From the NCBI GenBank assembly GCA_051294905.1, contig CM119372.1, positions 15,626,001 through 15,690,000 of the forward strand: 64,000 nt of DNA, read 5' to 3'. The notes beneath the pieces were generated by a model. The model saw only the letters and a list, made by a program, of their open reading frames with translations. It did not search any database and was not told the DNA's origin. Position 1 is the stretch's first letter. The number at the start of each line of letters is the position of its first letter. Positions 1 to 13,800 of this stretch are shown here, piece after piece. This stretch comes from Botryllus schlosseri. Taxonomy: Eukaryota. Both the position numbers and the translations under genes were made by a program.

Positions 1-1235
1 CTACCACACTAGTGTCAAACGCAGGCACGAATATCCGTAACATAATGTGTTATATCCTGAATTATATCGGTAGTAGACATTCTTAGATTGTTTCTGTGGA
101 GAGTACATGCCCATAACATTATATCTACATCAGACTAACAGCTAATAGTGATGTATATATCGCAACAAGACCAATTCTACACGCTGTGTATTCCCCGCAA
201 ACGTGTGTATCATGTTTGTATGACGTGCTACCAACTAACGTCATAAACCTTACGTAGTAGTAAGATATGCGTTTGTGGTTTGTCCTTATGGTTAGGTCTT
301 GACAATCTCCGTTTATCAATACTAAAGTGACCCATTTACGTGCTCTATAAGGTTTGTAAATGCCCTGGAAGGCTACGCTACCTAATAAATACACGCACGT
401 CACTCGCTCACTCGCCGATGACTCATTCACTCTGCGGTCTGGCGCGTGTTTATTGTGCAAACCCTCAGAACTGTATCTATTGGATAATGGCGATATTAGG
501 GCGTATTAGATCGACTGAGCCATCTCCATGATCATGATTTCCTCGCCGATATGATTCACAAGAAGCCTATGTCACCAGATATCCATGTTAAGGTTTATAA
601 ACAGTACAGTAAATGTAATACGTTTCTCATCAACGAATAGACACTTACGTGACCTTTGACACGAACCAATCAGGTTGCAGTAGGATGTAAACAAAGAACA
701 AGCCCGGGCAAGCTTACTATTAGCTCTTATGGAAAAGGGTTGAAAAATATAGGTTTTTAGCAAAATTACATTGAATTGGGAATAGCTGGCTTTGTTGAAT
801 GGTAATAACATAGAGCTAGTATGTATATGCAGTGTTATAACCTACAATAAGCATGAATGATGGCAAGCACGCATCAGCATGGTATGTCCAAATGAATGAA
901 TTTCTGACAACTTTTCGGATGAAGCAACTATTGCTGTATTATCCTTAGTCGTATACTATAGGATTGTCGTACCGAATAGAATGTATTAGAGGAATAGTGA
1001 GTCAGGATATGTGTGGTATCCATTATGTGGCGTTATATGCGTTCTATTTATGGAATCGACATTTGTAAATAGTAGTCTACAGTCGTATCATTATCTAGCA
1101 AATTACTGTTACACTGGACACTTGTCTGCATATTCAATGATCATATTAATATGATATATGTTAGGCAACATGATCCGTTCCCAGCTGAAATCGTCATATT
1201 TTGTTCTAGCTCGTGTATTGAATCTATCAGGATAA

Positions 1236-2930
1236 ATGCCGGATAAACACTGCGCTAATAGCCTGTGTAACATGGAGATGGCTACCCAGACCGTTCCTGG
1301 TGTGCGCTTTTACCTTTCCCAGAGCCAATGACATGCATGGAAGAATGTAAAATCTGGATAAAGGCATGTGGACTTCCTTGTAGTCATCTGAATTCTCATT
1401 TTATTAAGAAAATGACGTATCTATTACTGTACCAAAAATATTGAATCGTGACATAATCTAGAATCTAGATCAGTGGTTCCCAACGTGGGCGATTTGGCGG
1501 TCTAGGGGGGCGAAAATGACGAAGGGGCGACAGGAGGGCGAAAATGGACAAAGGGGGCGACGGGGGGCGATGACGCGTCAAAACGGCTGACATTTTTTTT
1601 TTTTAGTCAACCCATGGAAATTTAGTTACAAACGTGTGTCAAATTAGACATCGAGCCGAAAATTTGACCCTTTTTTTTAGTCAACCCGCCGGTGATTACA
1701 GGTTTGTATGCCCAATTTTCGGTACACAAAATTTGGGGGGCGATGATCGGTATTGACCTTGAAAAGGGGGCGATAGGTCGAAAAAGGTTGGGAACCACTG
1801 ATCTAGATGAAACAATTCTGTGTTTCAAAATGAGTCCAATCTGAAATGCAGTCACACTTGATGCCACAATCGACTTGGTGTGTGTCTCGTTTTATTCCAC
1901 TCCAGTTTTGTTGCTTGATGGTGTGTAATGTATTGAAATTGTTGAAAACAATATATTCAATAATGAGACGAATAGTTGAAATTGGTAGCGGTGATACGTT
2001 GTATGAGTCGGACGAGTACGCCTTGATAGGTGCCTGCACAGCAGTATTGCTCTGTAAAATAAACATATTATATATTTTGTGCAGGCTTGATGGATATCTT
2101 TTATGAAGCTGCAGAAAGAGGAAGTCGATGGATAAAACGCAAGAAAATCAAATTTCTGGAAGAAGTATAGAAGCACAAAACAGTAAACTCGTCCAGGAAA
2201 ATTACAAATTGACGGACAATTATTGCTAGTGAAGTTCAGTTCTCAGAGGAGCATCATAATGTCAAAAGATGCGGAGAAGCTGAAATTTTATGCTCGACTA
2301 CATTAAATTCTTTCTGAATTGCACGACTTATCCTACTGACGTCAAATTTATAGTATTGCTGTAAGCATAGTATTTAACCATTGGGTCAGCCATATGTAAC
2401 TGCTTCATTAAATCGCGATTTGGCCATGTAGATATGTGGTTCTTAAAAATGCACCATTTGCATTCATTCATGATTTCTCAAATCTAGAATGATTATTGAC
2501 TGTCAATAAATCCCATACAACTTTGAAAGGATTGATGGATTGTGGTACACTTACTTTTATGCAGGAACTATTCACAGGGAGCATTTCAGATCGAAATATT
2601 AGTTAAATATGTGGATTCGACAAGGAATGTAAGAAAATGATGGAGTTCAGCTATGGTGAGCCAGGCAATGCTATCATGGCAGAAAAGGGATTCACCATTG
2701 AGTCTGATATCAAGAAATTGAATCTAGATTTAAATATTCCTGCACGTGATTTACACACCGTCAAATGCCTGAGCCAGACTGTTCCACAACAAGAAAGATG
2801 GAGAGAGAACGTATTCATGTTGAACAGCTGATCGGAAGAATCAAGGAGTATAAAATTTTGTCTGGTGTCATACTATGCAGCATTGTGCATCACAACTAAC
2901 CAAATATATATGGACTAATTGCATACTCTA
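1236..2930 (+). pseudogene. Disrupted THAP + DDE_Tnp_4-type (ISL2EU/Harbinger-related) transposase
   Basis: Frameshifted fragments in the expected order: MPDKHCANSLCN...PGVRF (THAP-like start), KLKFY, IIDC, TLKGL, FTGSISDRN, EPGNAIMAEKGFTIE..LNIP, RIHVEQLIGRIKEYKILSG. Confidence 0.75.
1471..1800. mobile_element. hAT (Charlie/Buster-type) MITE nested in the ISL2EU element
   Basis: TIR cagtggttcccaac / gttgggaaccactg; perfect TSD atctagat. Confidence 0.92.
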
Positions 2931-4489
2931 ATTCAAGATTGAAAATTAAAAATGAATGACGCAACATATTCGGCAATTGTGCAAATTCAGTTCCATTGTC
3001 AATATCGTAATGCCTAATAGCATGCTACGGATCGTAATTGCGCGGTGCCATGGTCAGTCTGTACCAACAGTGCATGTCTAGATATTCCAGTGGTGTGCAT
3101 TATTAAAGCTCATTTAGATGCCCAATTTGTTGAATGAACAATTCTCCAGATGAAAATGTTCTAGGATTATTTGTGTTTGATGGAATGTTATAAAACTGAA
3201 GACACCAGATACACCAAAATCTACCTTGAGGCAGGAGTTGATCGGTTGCGAGTACGGTGGAGAGATTGCTTGTCAATCACGATGGAGCTCACTGATGCTG
3301 ATGCAAATCACAATGTAGTCCTTTTAGCTTCAGGTGCTGGATTGTCTTAATCAATGCATATGCATGAGAGCATATATCAGAACCTAATATGAAAATAAAT
3401 CATGGTTAAAATATCTATTGAAGGAGTCTCTGAAAAAATGTCTTTTTCCTTACTTACCCTGTCTTACAAGTGCAAGACCGATCAATAATGGATTTTCCGA
3501 GAACGTGTATTTCCATTGAGTGTGTTATCTCACTTTTCCGCAAGTTGCGATAACATTGGCTGTTCACTAGAATATTGCTTCTAAAAAGAGTGGATTGTCT
3601 CCTCAATCTTTATCCCTAAATCGTGTGCATAGCGCTCCATGAAATACTTCGTAGCTTTCTCCGCGGTGTTAGAAGAAGATGCTGTTCCACTCAAATCCAT
3701 AAATTCGATAGAATCTCCATAGCTTTCAAGTTTCATAATCAATACACAAAAATTGTGATGTGTGGCAGCAGCTATATTTTATAGTATATATATTTCTGAA
3801 CATGAGATATGCTTGAAAATTTTGCTCGAGACCTGGAGCCTATGAAATCGTCAAAATATGCATTACCACAATCCTATAGTATAGTATACAACAATCGTCG
3901 CTTAATCAGAAAAGTTGTCAAAAACCCGTGCATTTGGACACAGCACGCTGGTGCGTACTTGCCACCATTCATGTTCATCCTAGATTAAAAGCTGCAACCA
4001 CATACTAGCTCTACGCTATTACTATTCATTAAGGCCAGTCATCTCCAATTCAACGTAATCTTGCTTAAAACCTTCATTTTTCAACCTTTTTCCATAAGAG
4101 CTCATAGTAAGCTTGCCCGGGCTTGTTCTTTGTTTACATCCTGCTGCAACCTGATTGGTTCGTGTCAAAGGTCACGTAAGCGTCTATTCTCGGCTTGCTC
4201 TCGATATAAGTGGCCAGACACAGTGCTCGAAATGATTTGAGTGGCGCAATCGGATCCGCGTTGAAGTTCTGAATCCAACGACACCTTGTTTAAGGTGTTC
4301 GAATCCCATTAAGGTACAGTTTTTCGATTTTGAAAATTGAAGTAAAATTTTTCGAAAATTGCAGCCGGCGCCAATCGGTTAATTGCATGAATTTCTTCAT
4401 CATGTCTTGTTCGTACCTGTCCTCGAACCTATTGCTTTTGCGTCATCCAAAACCAAAAGATAACATGCAATTATCCTTTACATTCATAG

Positions 4490-4981
4490 AACCGGGGTAT
4501 TATGAAGACGGAAAATTTGGCATACGTTTGGAAAACATCGTGATTGTCGAGGAAGCCGAAACCAAAGTACCGAGAAAAATAGCGCCAATATTCGGTCACA
4601 ACATTATTGAAACTCTTTCTATTTCAGTATATGTTCGGGGATTATCGATATTTAACTTTAACGTCAATAACCTTGGTCCCGTTTCAAAGCAAAATGATTG
4701 ATGTCACACTGCTGAGTGACAGACAGGTAACTTCCCAGTCACTCACGAAATGCAATCAACCCGTTCCACATTCATTACAGCTCAACCACATAAATTCATA
4801 CCATTCTCGCGTGATGGACACTGTTGGTGCTGAACTTACAAATCAAGGAAAGGGCGATGTCAGACAATGGCTTTCGGAAGCTACCAAAGTTATAGTGCGA
4901 AATTCCGGAAGAAAATCAGTCATTCCAATATCTTCTGTTTGCTTGAGTTTGGTGTCGTTTGTGACGATGAAAATGTTTTAG
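4490..4981 (+). CDS. XPNPEP2: Xaa-Pro aminopeptidase (aminopeptidase P, M24B), last 3 exons; XPNPEP2-like hydrophobic C-terminus
   Basis: Exons 4490-4566, 4628-4726, 4781-4981 (GT-AG introns of 61 and 54 bp). Peptide EPGYYEDGKFGIRLENIVIV...TLVPFQSKMIDVTLLSDRQLNHINSYHSRV...WLSEATKVI, then a hydrophobic tail (VIPISSVCLSLVSFVTMKMF*) compatible with a GPI signal. No upstream exon was found in the window. XPNPEP1 vs XPNPEP2 orthology is inferred only from the tail. Confidence 0.88.
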
Positions 4982-5224
4982 GATCTATAATTAACTTCGC
5001 ATTTTGGTTTAAAATTGTTAAAATGCCAATAACGGTTTGACATTAAAATACAGCCTGACAGAAATGGACTGAGATCGAATCCTGTATTGCATGCCATTAT
5101 TGATTCTCGTATGTTATGCGAAAGAAACATATAAACAACGTTTTGATCGCGAGATATGCTAGCAGGGGTAGCCAGACTTGATTGATGTTCAAGCCCCATA
5201 TCACAAAATTATGTCAGTCTACTA

Positions 5225-6094
5225 CAGGGGTGGGCAAACTTTATAGCTCGCGGGCCGCAACCAACATTTGAATAAATTCGTGGGCCGAACTATTTTATAG
5301 AAAATTTGGATAGGCCTACATAGCCAGAATTCAATATTGGTATTTGACTATATAGTGACCGACGACATGGAAATGATACATATTGTATTTGTATATTTAA
5401 AAAAAGGCAAATATTGATTTGATGATTTAACGTATACTCGTGTCAGAAACATGGGCGAGCATTTATAAGCTGGTCGTCCTCATTGACTAAATTAGGGATG
5501 AAAGTAGGTTGTCCGCATTCTTAGAACTGGATGTAATTTTCAGTCTGTGAGCAGCGATCTGTTCTTAGATTTGCTGATTGTACTTTTGGTTTAACTCCAA
5601 GACACACAATGCTGACAGCATCATAATCATTACCTTTAAATATTTTTTTACAATATATAAATATTATAAATACAAATATTTCTTCACATACAAAGAGCGA
5701 ATCTATCGAACACTCGCGAATAAGTATTCCAAGCATGGCACAAAAGTAATAAAATTGCTTGTTTTGCCAATCTAAAATGACACTCGTGGTCCGAATTAAG
5801 TCATATACGTTTCACTTTCTGTAATGTTTCGCAATTAATTATTATGAAAAGACATGGTCCGCGAGGTGGAGCTATCACGCCATCTATAACACAAAAAATA
5901 CTATGACAAGAATATAATTTATCATTATCATGTTGAGATACAGTAAGAAATACTTTAATTAAGTAACCGGAGTAATTTGCTTTTAGTGCTCATTTTACCA
6001 ATACTTTTGCAACGTTTCTTGACGCTTTCGCGGGGCGCACAAAACGGTGTTGCGGACCGCATGCGACCCGCGGGCCGTGGTTTGTCCACCCCTG
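5225..6094. mobile_element. Non-autonomous hAT element
   Basis: TIR caggggtgggcaaac / gtttgtccacccctg, subterminal gcgggccgc motifs, perfect TSD gtctacta. Confidence 0.92.
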
Positions 6095-6254
6095 GTCTAC
6101 TAGGTTTATGTCTTTACCAGTATTCACGTAATATATATAAGTATATAGTTGGGATAGCTCTCAGCGAAATGCCGAAGGAACGCTATGCGGCGAACGAGAG
6201 CGACCCTAGATTCTGTTGCATCGGCACTTGATGATGTTTAGACACCGAAAATGC

Positions 6255-7600
6255 GTGGCGAGATAGAGTGGTGGTATAATCCACAGCTGCAACATCAATG
6301 GGTTGTGGGTTTCGGTCCGACAGAGGTCGACTCCAGAATTCCTACCTAAGTGTTTGAGGTTTATCTAGGCTCCTCCTCGCCATACCATCCTTGTAAGCAG
6401 TGTCTTATAAAAGCCTAGACAAGGCTTCTCAACCTTTTCCAGTTCGCGACCCACCAGACGCCCTTTCGCAACTAATGTTCAAATCACACCTCGTAGGCGC
6501 CAGTCTTTACGTTGTCAGTGCGTTATAGTTATCTGGTCGCGCCTAGCGTGAATACATTCCCGAATTCATGATGGCATTCGATCAATGATGTTGGCAATTA
6601 CTATGAATTTTTGGCAACAGCATTATTTGGAGACAGCCATTTAGGCGCCAATCGTCAATGGACAGTTCGGCATATATATACCGAAGGTTTCGATCCTTTC
6701 CTGATCGAAACTTCATATGTCTTGGTATGTCGCGGCGTGGTAATGGCCGACACCGAAAGGCTTATTAATATAAATTATGCGCATTATTTTATTTAAACCA
6801 AGATATCAAACCGCGCACTGCGCAAACAAAATTTGATATACTACTCCATAATTTATCTTGATTCATGAGATAATTTTGGCCCCTCTTCAAGCACGATGCA
6901 CGAGTTGGGGGTTGGGGTGCGGCAGTCGAGGTTCTGCATGTAACAGATGAATACAGGCGTGAAAGGCTTATCTAGGCTCCTCGCAATCGTTCTGCTTAAT
7001 CGGTGTTATAAAAAATCTGAAATTGGACCGTTTTTTTAAGTCGATAGATGTGGAATCATGATAAAGAATATCGGCCTGGTGTAAATGACCATGAATGCCA
7101 CAAACCCAACAGACGAGAAAGCGGGTATCCAATCAGCAACTCGTCTAATTCGTCAAATGGGTCATGCGTAGCTCCCGCTGCGGCAAATGTTTGCTGATTA
7201 TAACGCCTAATCGGTCTGGATTGCTGCATTTCCGATCAACGCTCGCTAAGCATTTGGAGCAAATAATGAATTCAGAGCTCACGCATACACAATAACGCAC
7301 TGTCGGATTTCACGCTCCAATCAACATCACTGTGACGAAAATCTGGTTCACGGCAACGTGACTTGTGTCGCTTATGGGCGCAAAACAATTTTACGTGGAG
7401 GAGGAGAATGTGCATTTAATCTTCTAATATTTAGAATATAAAGTGTTCGGAATATTTGGAAAATTGAATAGGAAAGTGTAATATTTAGAACGTGTTCGCG
7501 ACCCACCGGCTGACAAGCACAGGCCTAGAAATTGGTCGTGCTACAAGTCGGTACCTACGGAATAAAAATAAAGATGTTTGGCCTGTAAATGACCATAGCG
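6255..7600 (+). mobile_element. tRNA-derived SINE split by a hAT element (~6420-7522) that contains a further decayed SINE copy (~6890-7095)
   Basis: The head gtggcgagatagagtggtgg...gggtttcggtcc and body match the copies at 19962 and 44257(-). The SINE resumes after ...gacaagcacag at the duplicated gcctaga site. Confidence 0.75.
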
Positions 7601-7832
7601 GTCGACATCAACTTGAATATTAAAAAAAACATGAGAAACGCGATATATAATCGTCGTACGAATAAAATCGTAGGGTGATTATTTCTCGTCGTCTGTGATT
7701 GGAGACGAGTCAACAAACCGCTGCAATGAACGCGCCTTCGCAAACATATACTGTCACTCTTCAAACTTGTCGGGCCCTGTATCAAAGTTTGAGTTCGTTT
7801 AGTTAATATAAGGCTGCAACCAGATTGGTAAA

Positions 7833-10800
7833 ATGCACTCAGTGAATTCTCTACTGCTGTCAATAATCTGTTGGGAGGCCGCGACTGTCGCTGGAACTCA
7901 TCACAAGTTGCTTCTCATCTCTTTCGATGGATTAAGGTAACGTGAAAGTAACAGGGAGTCAAATTTAGATGTGTTTCGATAGTGTGGGATCATCCCCTAC
8001 GGAGGTATCTATGAAATTTGGTAACATCTTATGCATGGTCATGGTCATGGTCACTTGTATGGTTCGATTTCTAGTCGAATATAGTATATCGTCGTTACTC
8101 GGAAATAATTGACTTTCACTAGCCTTAAATCATTAAAATTGATACTCGATCCGGATTCATCTATTCCGGGGGTGGCCAACCTTTTTACTATTCACGGCCG
8201 CATTTCGTTTACTTAACTAGTCTACGCCCGCATTCCAAGACATAGTCGCAATGAACTAACTGAACACCAAATACCCATGTTAAACTGTCCACTGTCCATG
8301 CCCATTTCCGGTGAACTCCGGACTAATCAACTCTTTCATATCGTCTTACTCTACGCATCGAAATCGCAAGTGGTTATATAAAGAATATAGTTAGTGGGAG
8401 TTGTTATGGTCGCGCAACGCGTGAAAATTATTTCAGATTCACGAATTTCACATATTACTGTCCAATATTTATCCTTTGTCAGCCCGTATGATCAGATTCA
8501 CCGGCAGAGTTGATGCAGAGAGTGTTTTCGAAAATTTAGGGCAAGATATAAATGATGATGCATATTCGGGTGGGCCAATTGCTATTAGTCACTTAATTGC
8601 GTGCTGTTATTTCTTGACCTCCCATCAGGATTGTCGGTGTAGTGGAAAGATATTGGAATCTCCCAAACGTACCAGAAAAATTTCTTTCGTGAGGAGCACA
8701 CGATTCCAAGTTGGTATTTCTATATGGGGTGCATCATTTTCCTCCGCTGTTCGCATCTGTACTCTGTGGCTCAGATTGTAAAGGGCGCTACGACATTAAA
8801 CTCGTAAAATGAAGTGGGGCTGAATTGCGGCTAGCGCGAAGAAAATTTCAAGATTAATTAAATCTCTCAAAGATTTAAATATTCTCTCAAAAATTATGGA
8901 GTCAATTCGTAAATTCAATTTTCATGTCGATGGCATAAAAATTAAATTACGTGTCCATGTCAACGACCGCACACTAATTGAATTACGTGTCCATGTCAAT
9001 GACCGCACATATTTCCTTCTATACGGCCGCAGGTTGCCCATCCCCGGTCTAATCTAGTCTTAGTATCCAGCGCACGCTATATCTGCAAAGTAATTATCGA
9101 CAAATAACAAATTTATGGGCAGGCCGATATATGCAACGATATATGGCTGGTAGTGAACTTGTACTTCTAAACAGCTACTCCCTAATATTTGCACTTCCAG
9201 ATTTTCAGAGAGGTCGCATTCACATTAGAAGCAATAGCTACACGTATCGGTGTGGTGAGATGTTTCTAGTAATTATATTCAGAGCGAAGCCCCCTCCTGA
9301 AAAACCGTAAATTGTGTAGGTAGACTGACCTCGTGAAAGCTGTGACAGTTGTGTGAATATTCATCCTGGAGGATGCGGAAATTTTGCAGCACAGACCACA
9401 ATAAGAAGTCTAGATTTGACTAATATCATTCGTTTAATATCATGGTTACAGTTTTGTTGAGATTATGGTGACTACGTAAGAATTTGCAGTTCTGTTGCAA
9501 GGTAAATAACGAGGCAAACACTTCCCGAATATTTAAGACATAGGCCAACCGATATTTTGTTTGTAGTTATTCGAATCTATACAGAGTAAATATACCACCA
9601 ATGTTTCACGTTAACGACACAATAAATAGACGTCATTTCGTGTGTACCGAGTACCGAGCAGCATACCATTCGGCTTTTGACATTACTCCCATTCGGTTGC
9701 AGACTGATCTTTCAACTACTTTCAACCTTTCAAAATCCAAAGAGTATTGAGTGACCAATTTTGATTCAAAATCCATTCAATATAACTGCAAGTAGTCTAA
9801 AATACAACCACTTGGGTATAGCGCAGGTAGGCGAATCCTGGCCTGATACTCCGAAAAAGTAAAAGGACTTGGTCCCTGACCACCTCTGTTTTTAATACAC
9901 ATCTTAATCTTATTCAGGTTTCGGATTTGTACTTCAATTTAAGTTCAAATCCATATATAGTATTTATTTCTCAACATGTTCAATTCAACTACAAATCAAA
10001 TATTGTCTTGAGATTCGATCTAATTCTTCATAACAGTCAAAGTTGATCAACCATTCAATGTCCAACTTTAAATCCATTTTCGTTAAAGTCTTATTCCTAA
10101 TTCAAATTTACGCTTTAGCCTAAGTTTGAGCAATCAGAATCTAGAAGAGAAATATTTAAATCAAAATACCCAACTATTTGATGATAAATTATACCAACGT
10201 GAACAGAAAAAAATCATTCATTAACAATCATGCTGCAATCACAACAAATTCAAATTGTTACTGCAAGAAAGAAGATAAAAAGTCAATACAGCGTGCTATG
10301 GCTTCATACTGACGCCAATCATAGATTGCTTAAGTGCATGGCCGAATCTAGAGTGTAATTTAATTAAAAAAAAATCAATTTTAAACAAACATGTTTAGAT
10401 TATGGCCCGTGTTTAAAACATGCTTTATATTGCTTTATTGTGTTTTTAGCGGTGACATCACGAATCTTTAATTGTGACGCCACAGTGGATTGGCATTGAC
10501 AATTGAAAATATAGGGTTAATAGGGCTCCATCGGCGAAAAAGGCTTTCGACCACTGTCATTATATAGATAACTAACCTAATAGATCAGTGGTTCTCAACC
10601 TTTTTGTCTTCGCGGACCCCTTTTGGCCGTCGTTCCAATTTAGCTCAACTATCGTGCAATCGTGATATGACTTCTGCAATATTTAACTTTAGGATAGTGC
10701 TAAACAGCAACAAAATGAGTTTCCTCATAAATAACATCATAAGTTACGTAGAAATTGCATCGATTTTTATTATTTCAAAGCAAATTTTTCAGGTTCATTT

Positions 10801-13800
10801 ATTGATATAAGTGGCCGTGTCTTGAAAACCCGCGCTTTTGATATGATACGAACGAGTGCTGAAAATTCATTTCCACAAAGATAGGTGGTGGCTAATGTAA
10901 TATTAGCTCTTAAACGCTTCCGCTGACACCTTAACGTCCTCAAGGCACCTAAATTGAGAAACATATTTTCAATGAACGTTCAGCCTAGCCATTTCTATCT
11001 AGCAGCTCATCTTGAAGTTATTCTTGAATAGTAGCGATGTATATTACAGAAGAAATTGGATCAAAAATGACCATTTATATTGACTGCTCACTCCTTTGCT
11101 GAGACTAACAACTTGTAAACATTTCGAAGTCACCCTAATTGACCTTACGACTCGAAGTTTTCTTTGTCACAAACCTCAACAAAGCATCTTCAAATAGCAG
11201 CATATGTTTGTATCATTAGGCTGCTGTCAATTTATTAATTAGAATTAGTTTGCACAGTAGGATATTTCATTCCGACGGCCATTTTTGTAATACGAGTCTT
11301 GACGTTTTACCAGTTATTAAGCGAATCTGTCTCGTGATTTACCTAATTAAAAAAATACAAATTAGGCTATAAATCATTTTGAAAATTTGGAGGTCTCGCG
11401 GACCCCCTGAAAATGCTTCGCGGACCCCCGGTTGAGAACCACTGTAGTAGATACTCGTACTGGATACTAGATACCCGATACCCGTAGGTTAGTTATCTAT
11501 AGCCATAAACAGACCTTAAATACGTTTAACCTGTTCTACATCGTTATGCAGCATTTTTACGGTTGCCGGTCATATCTACATGCTATTACTATTGAATCGA
11601 TGACGATTTCGAGGGTTCCAGCCACTCCATATCGCATACGTCGACTATATTGGGTGCAAATCGTCCGTATAGACGCATACTACTATGTTTATTCGAGAGT
11701 ATTTACTGAATTATCGCATAATTATACAATGTTTGAAACAAACAACAGCAGCAACACAATTTTGTTCTTTTGAAATAGGTATTTGCTTAAAACATATTTT
11801 AAGCAGAGTGATCTAAAACATCGTTTGCTCTAAATTAAATGCAACCCTAGATGAATCTCGAGAGCCTGATATTTCAGCGGGTTGAAATATTTTTGATAGA
11901 TGGGATTACGCAGACCGAAGACCTGACTTGCAAAGTTTTCAATACTTGAAAGAGAACGGCGTTCGCGCGGAATATCTTCAACCACCTTTCCCCACACAAA
12001 CATCACCTTCTCACACCACAATTGCGACAGGTAGGCCTGCTGTCTCATATCAATGTGTTGACATATGGTTTTGACAAGGTCCAATCATATTATGTATGGC
12101 GTGGGGAACATGTCTTCAACTTATTGTCGGATCACTTTCGTACTCCATTGATGCAATTGACTGCATGGTCCACGGGAGCCTTTAAGAATTGTGTTGCTTG
12201 AACATGTATTGCATGCTAAGTTTTTGTTTGTTAAACAAAACTGTACGTTCGTCTATCAACTCTATCGGCCAGAACGACCTTCGCTAAATGTGCAGAGTAT
12301 ATCCTACTGAATATTGCCAATAGCCGTGTTGCGTATCCTCTTTAAATCCATTACACTCTGTATTCTACCAATTTCTACCCTGCCGAGGCGTGTAAATACA
12401 GTCATCGGCACTTTCCGGTGCAAAGTTTTGCATCTACATCCCTTACCTTGTAAACGATAGGATTGTAGTGGGGTCCGTTTTCGTCAGACGCCTGATTCTG
12501 AAATGGATTTCATACCTTATGTCATCAATTGATTGTATAGGATTGCACGTGGAAAGTCATGGAGTTGTGCACAACGTGGATTATAACAGAAGCGAAAGCT
12601 CCATAGTCGTCGGAAACTTTTACACGACTCTAGCAAATAACTACTGGTGGGACAATGGATACGAGCCAATTTGGATTACCGCCAGCTCACAGGTAATTGC
12701 GCCAGCAGACTAGGACTGTCTGCAGTCCTAATATACTGAGACGTGTCATAAAGCAGTTTTGTTACCAATTTATAAAAAAAAGAAGCAGCATAATCTTAAT
12801 ACAGGACTGTGGAACATTTTTACCAAACTAAAAGCATCACGGCTACAGTTTATCAAGTAAAAGCCTGTTTGACTTTGGGTGCTTGTACGTATCACACAAA
12901 CGCAACATAGTGCCACTTTCCGTCTATCTATTCCATTCTCATAAAAGTTGGTGTCTTGAACATAAAAAAGACTTCAGGAAGCTACACTTTGCCAAGTTCT
13001 TGTATCAGTTCAATTGCGGCCTTTATCTTGTTGAATTTGATGACTTTTCTTCTTCGGGATCTAGCGTGCATAAAATTAATTCACGTGCGTCCTCCGTGTC
13101 GACTTTATCACAAATAGGCGTCGGTCATAGAAAAACGAAACATTCACTCAACGCGGATAGGTTCAATACGTGGAAGGTGGAACCGTACTACAGTTGATAT
13201 TAGAGCGTCCTCGAATATGATCACTTAGCAAGCAGCTTCCACTAGACAAGCACTGGCGTCCGTATCGATAATACCGGATAAACTTCGCCACGTCACCGAC
13301 TTCAACTCTACCCAGTGCTGTATCATAGCCCTTCACCGGTTTCCCATTTTTGATAATGGTGTAGTCCAGGGCTCTTCGATCTTTTTATGAGTGGTGTCCA
13401 CCCTCTACATTTGTAGCTCTGACTCATGTACCCTTTTCGGGGGTGATGACTAAAAATTAGGTTCCAAGCACTTCCAGACACATTAATTACATCCGCCTGG
13501 CTGCCAATTATGCGTTTCAGTTTGCTTACTACCTAACTGCAATTTGTTAACAAAAACCTCAAAAGCACTCCACATCACTGGTCACGTCACAGTAGGACTA
13601 CGTATAAACCGCTTCTTAAGAGTTTCATGTTTCTCATGCAGCCTTCCTGTTCTTCATGCACTCCGGTAAATCCTTTCGTACATGTGCACCTCACGCAGAT
13701 TTTTACACACCGCGGGGCGCACAAGTTCAAGAGCACTAGTGTAGACTATTTCTCATTGAGCGTGTAATCTTTTGCTTGCCTCTTTTAACACGCTCTTTCG

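Larger units (their letters stand above)
635..4189 (+). mobile_element. Decayed ISL2EU-type (PHIS group) DNA transposon with long TIRs
   Basis: 635-~970 is an inverted repeat of ~3862-4189 (gaatagacacttacgtgacctttgacacgaaccaatcagg... vs ...cctgattggttcgtgtcaaaggtcacgtaagcgtctattc). It can be read as element 639-4185 with an AT TSD. Internal transposase remnants are present. Confidence 0.8.

Noticed and set aside
12840..13360. Coding-like segment in ENPP intron 3
   Set aside because: Stops in the frames I read and no identifiable motif; probably a decayed transposon.
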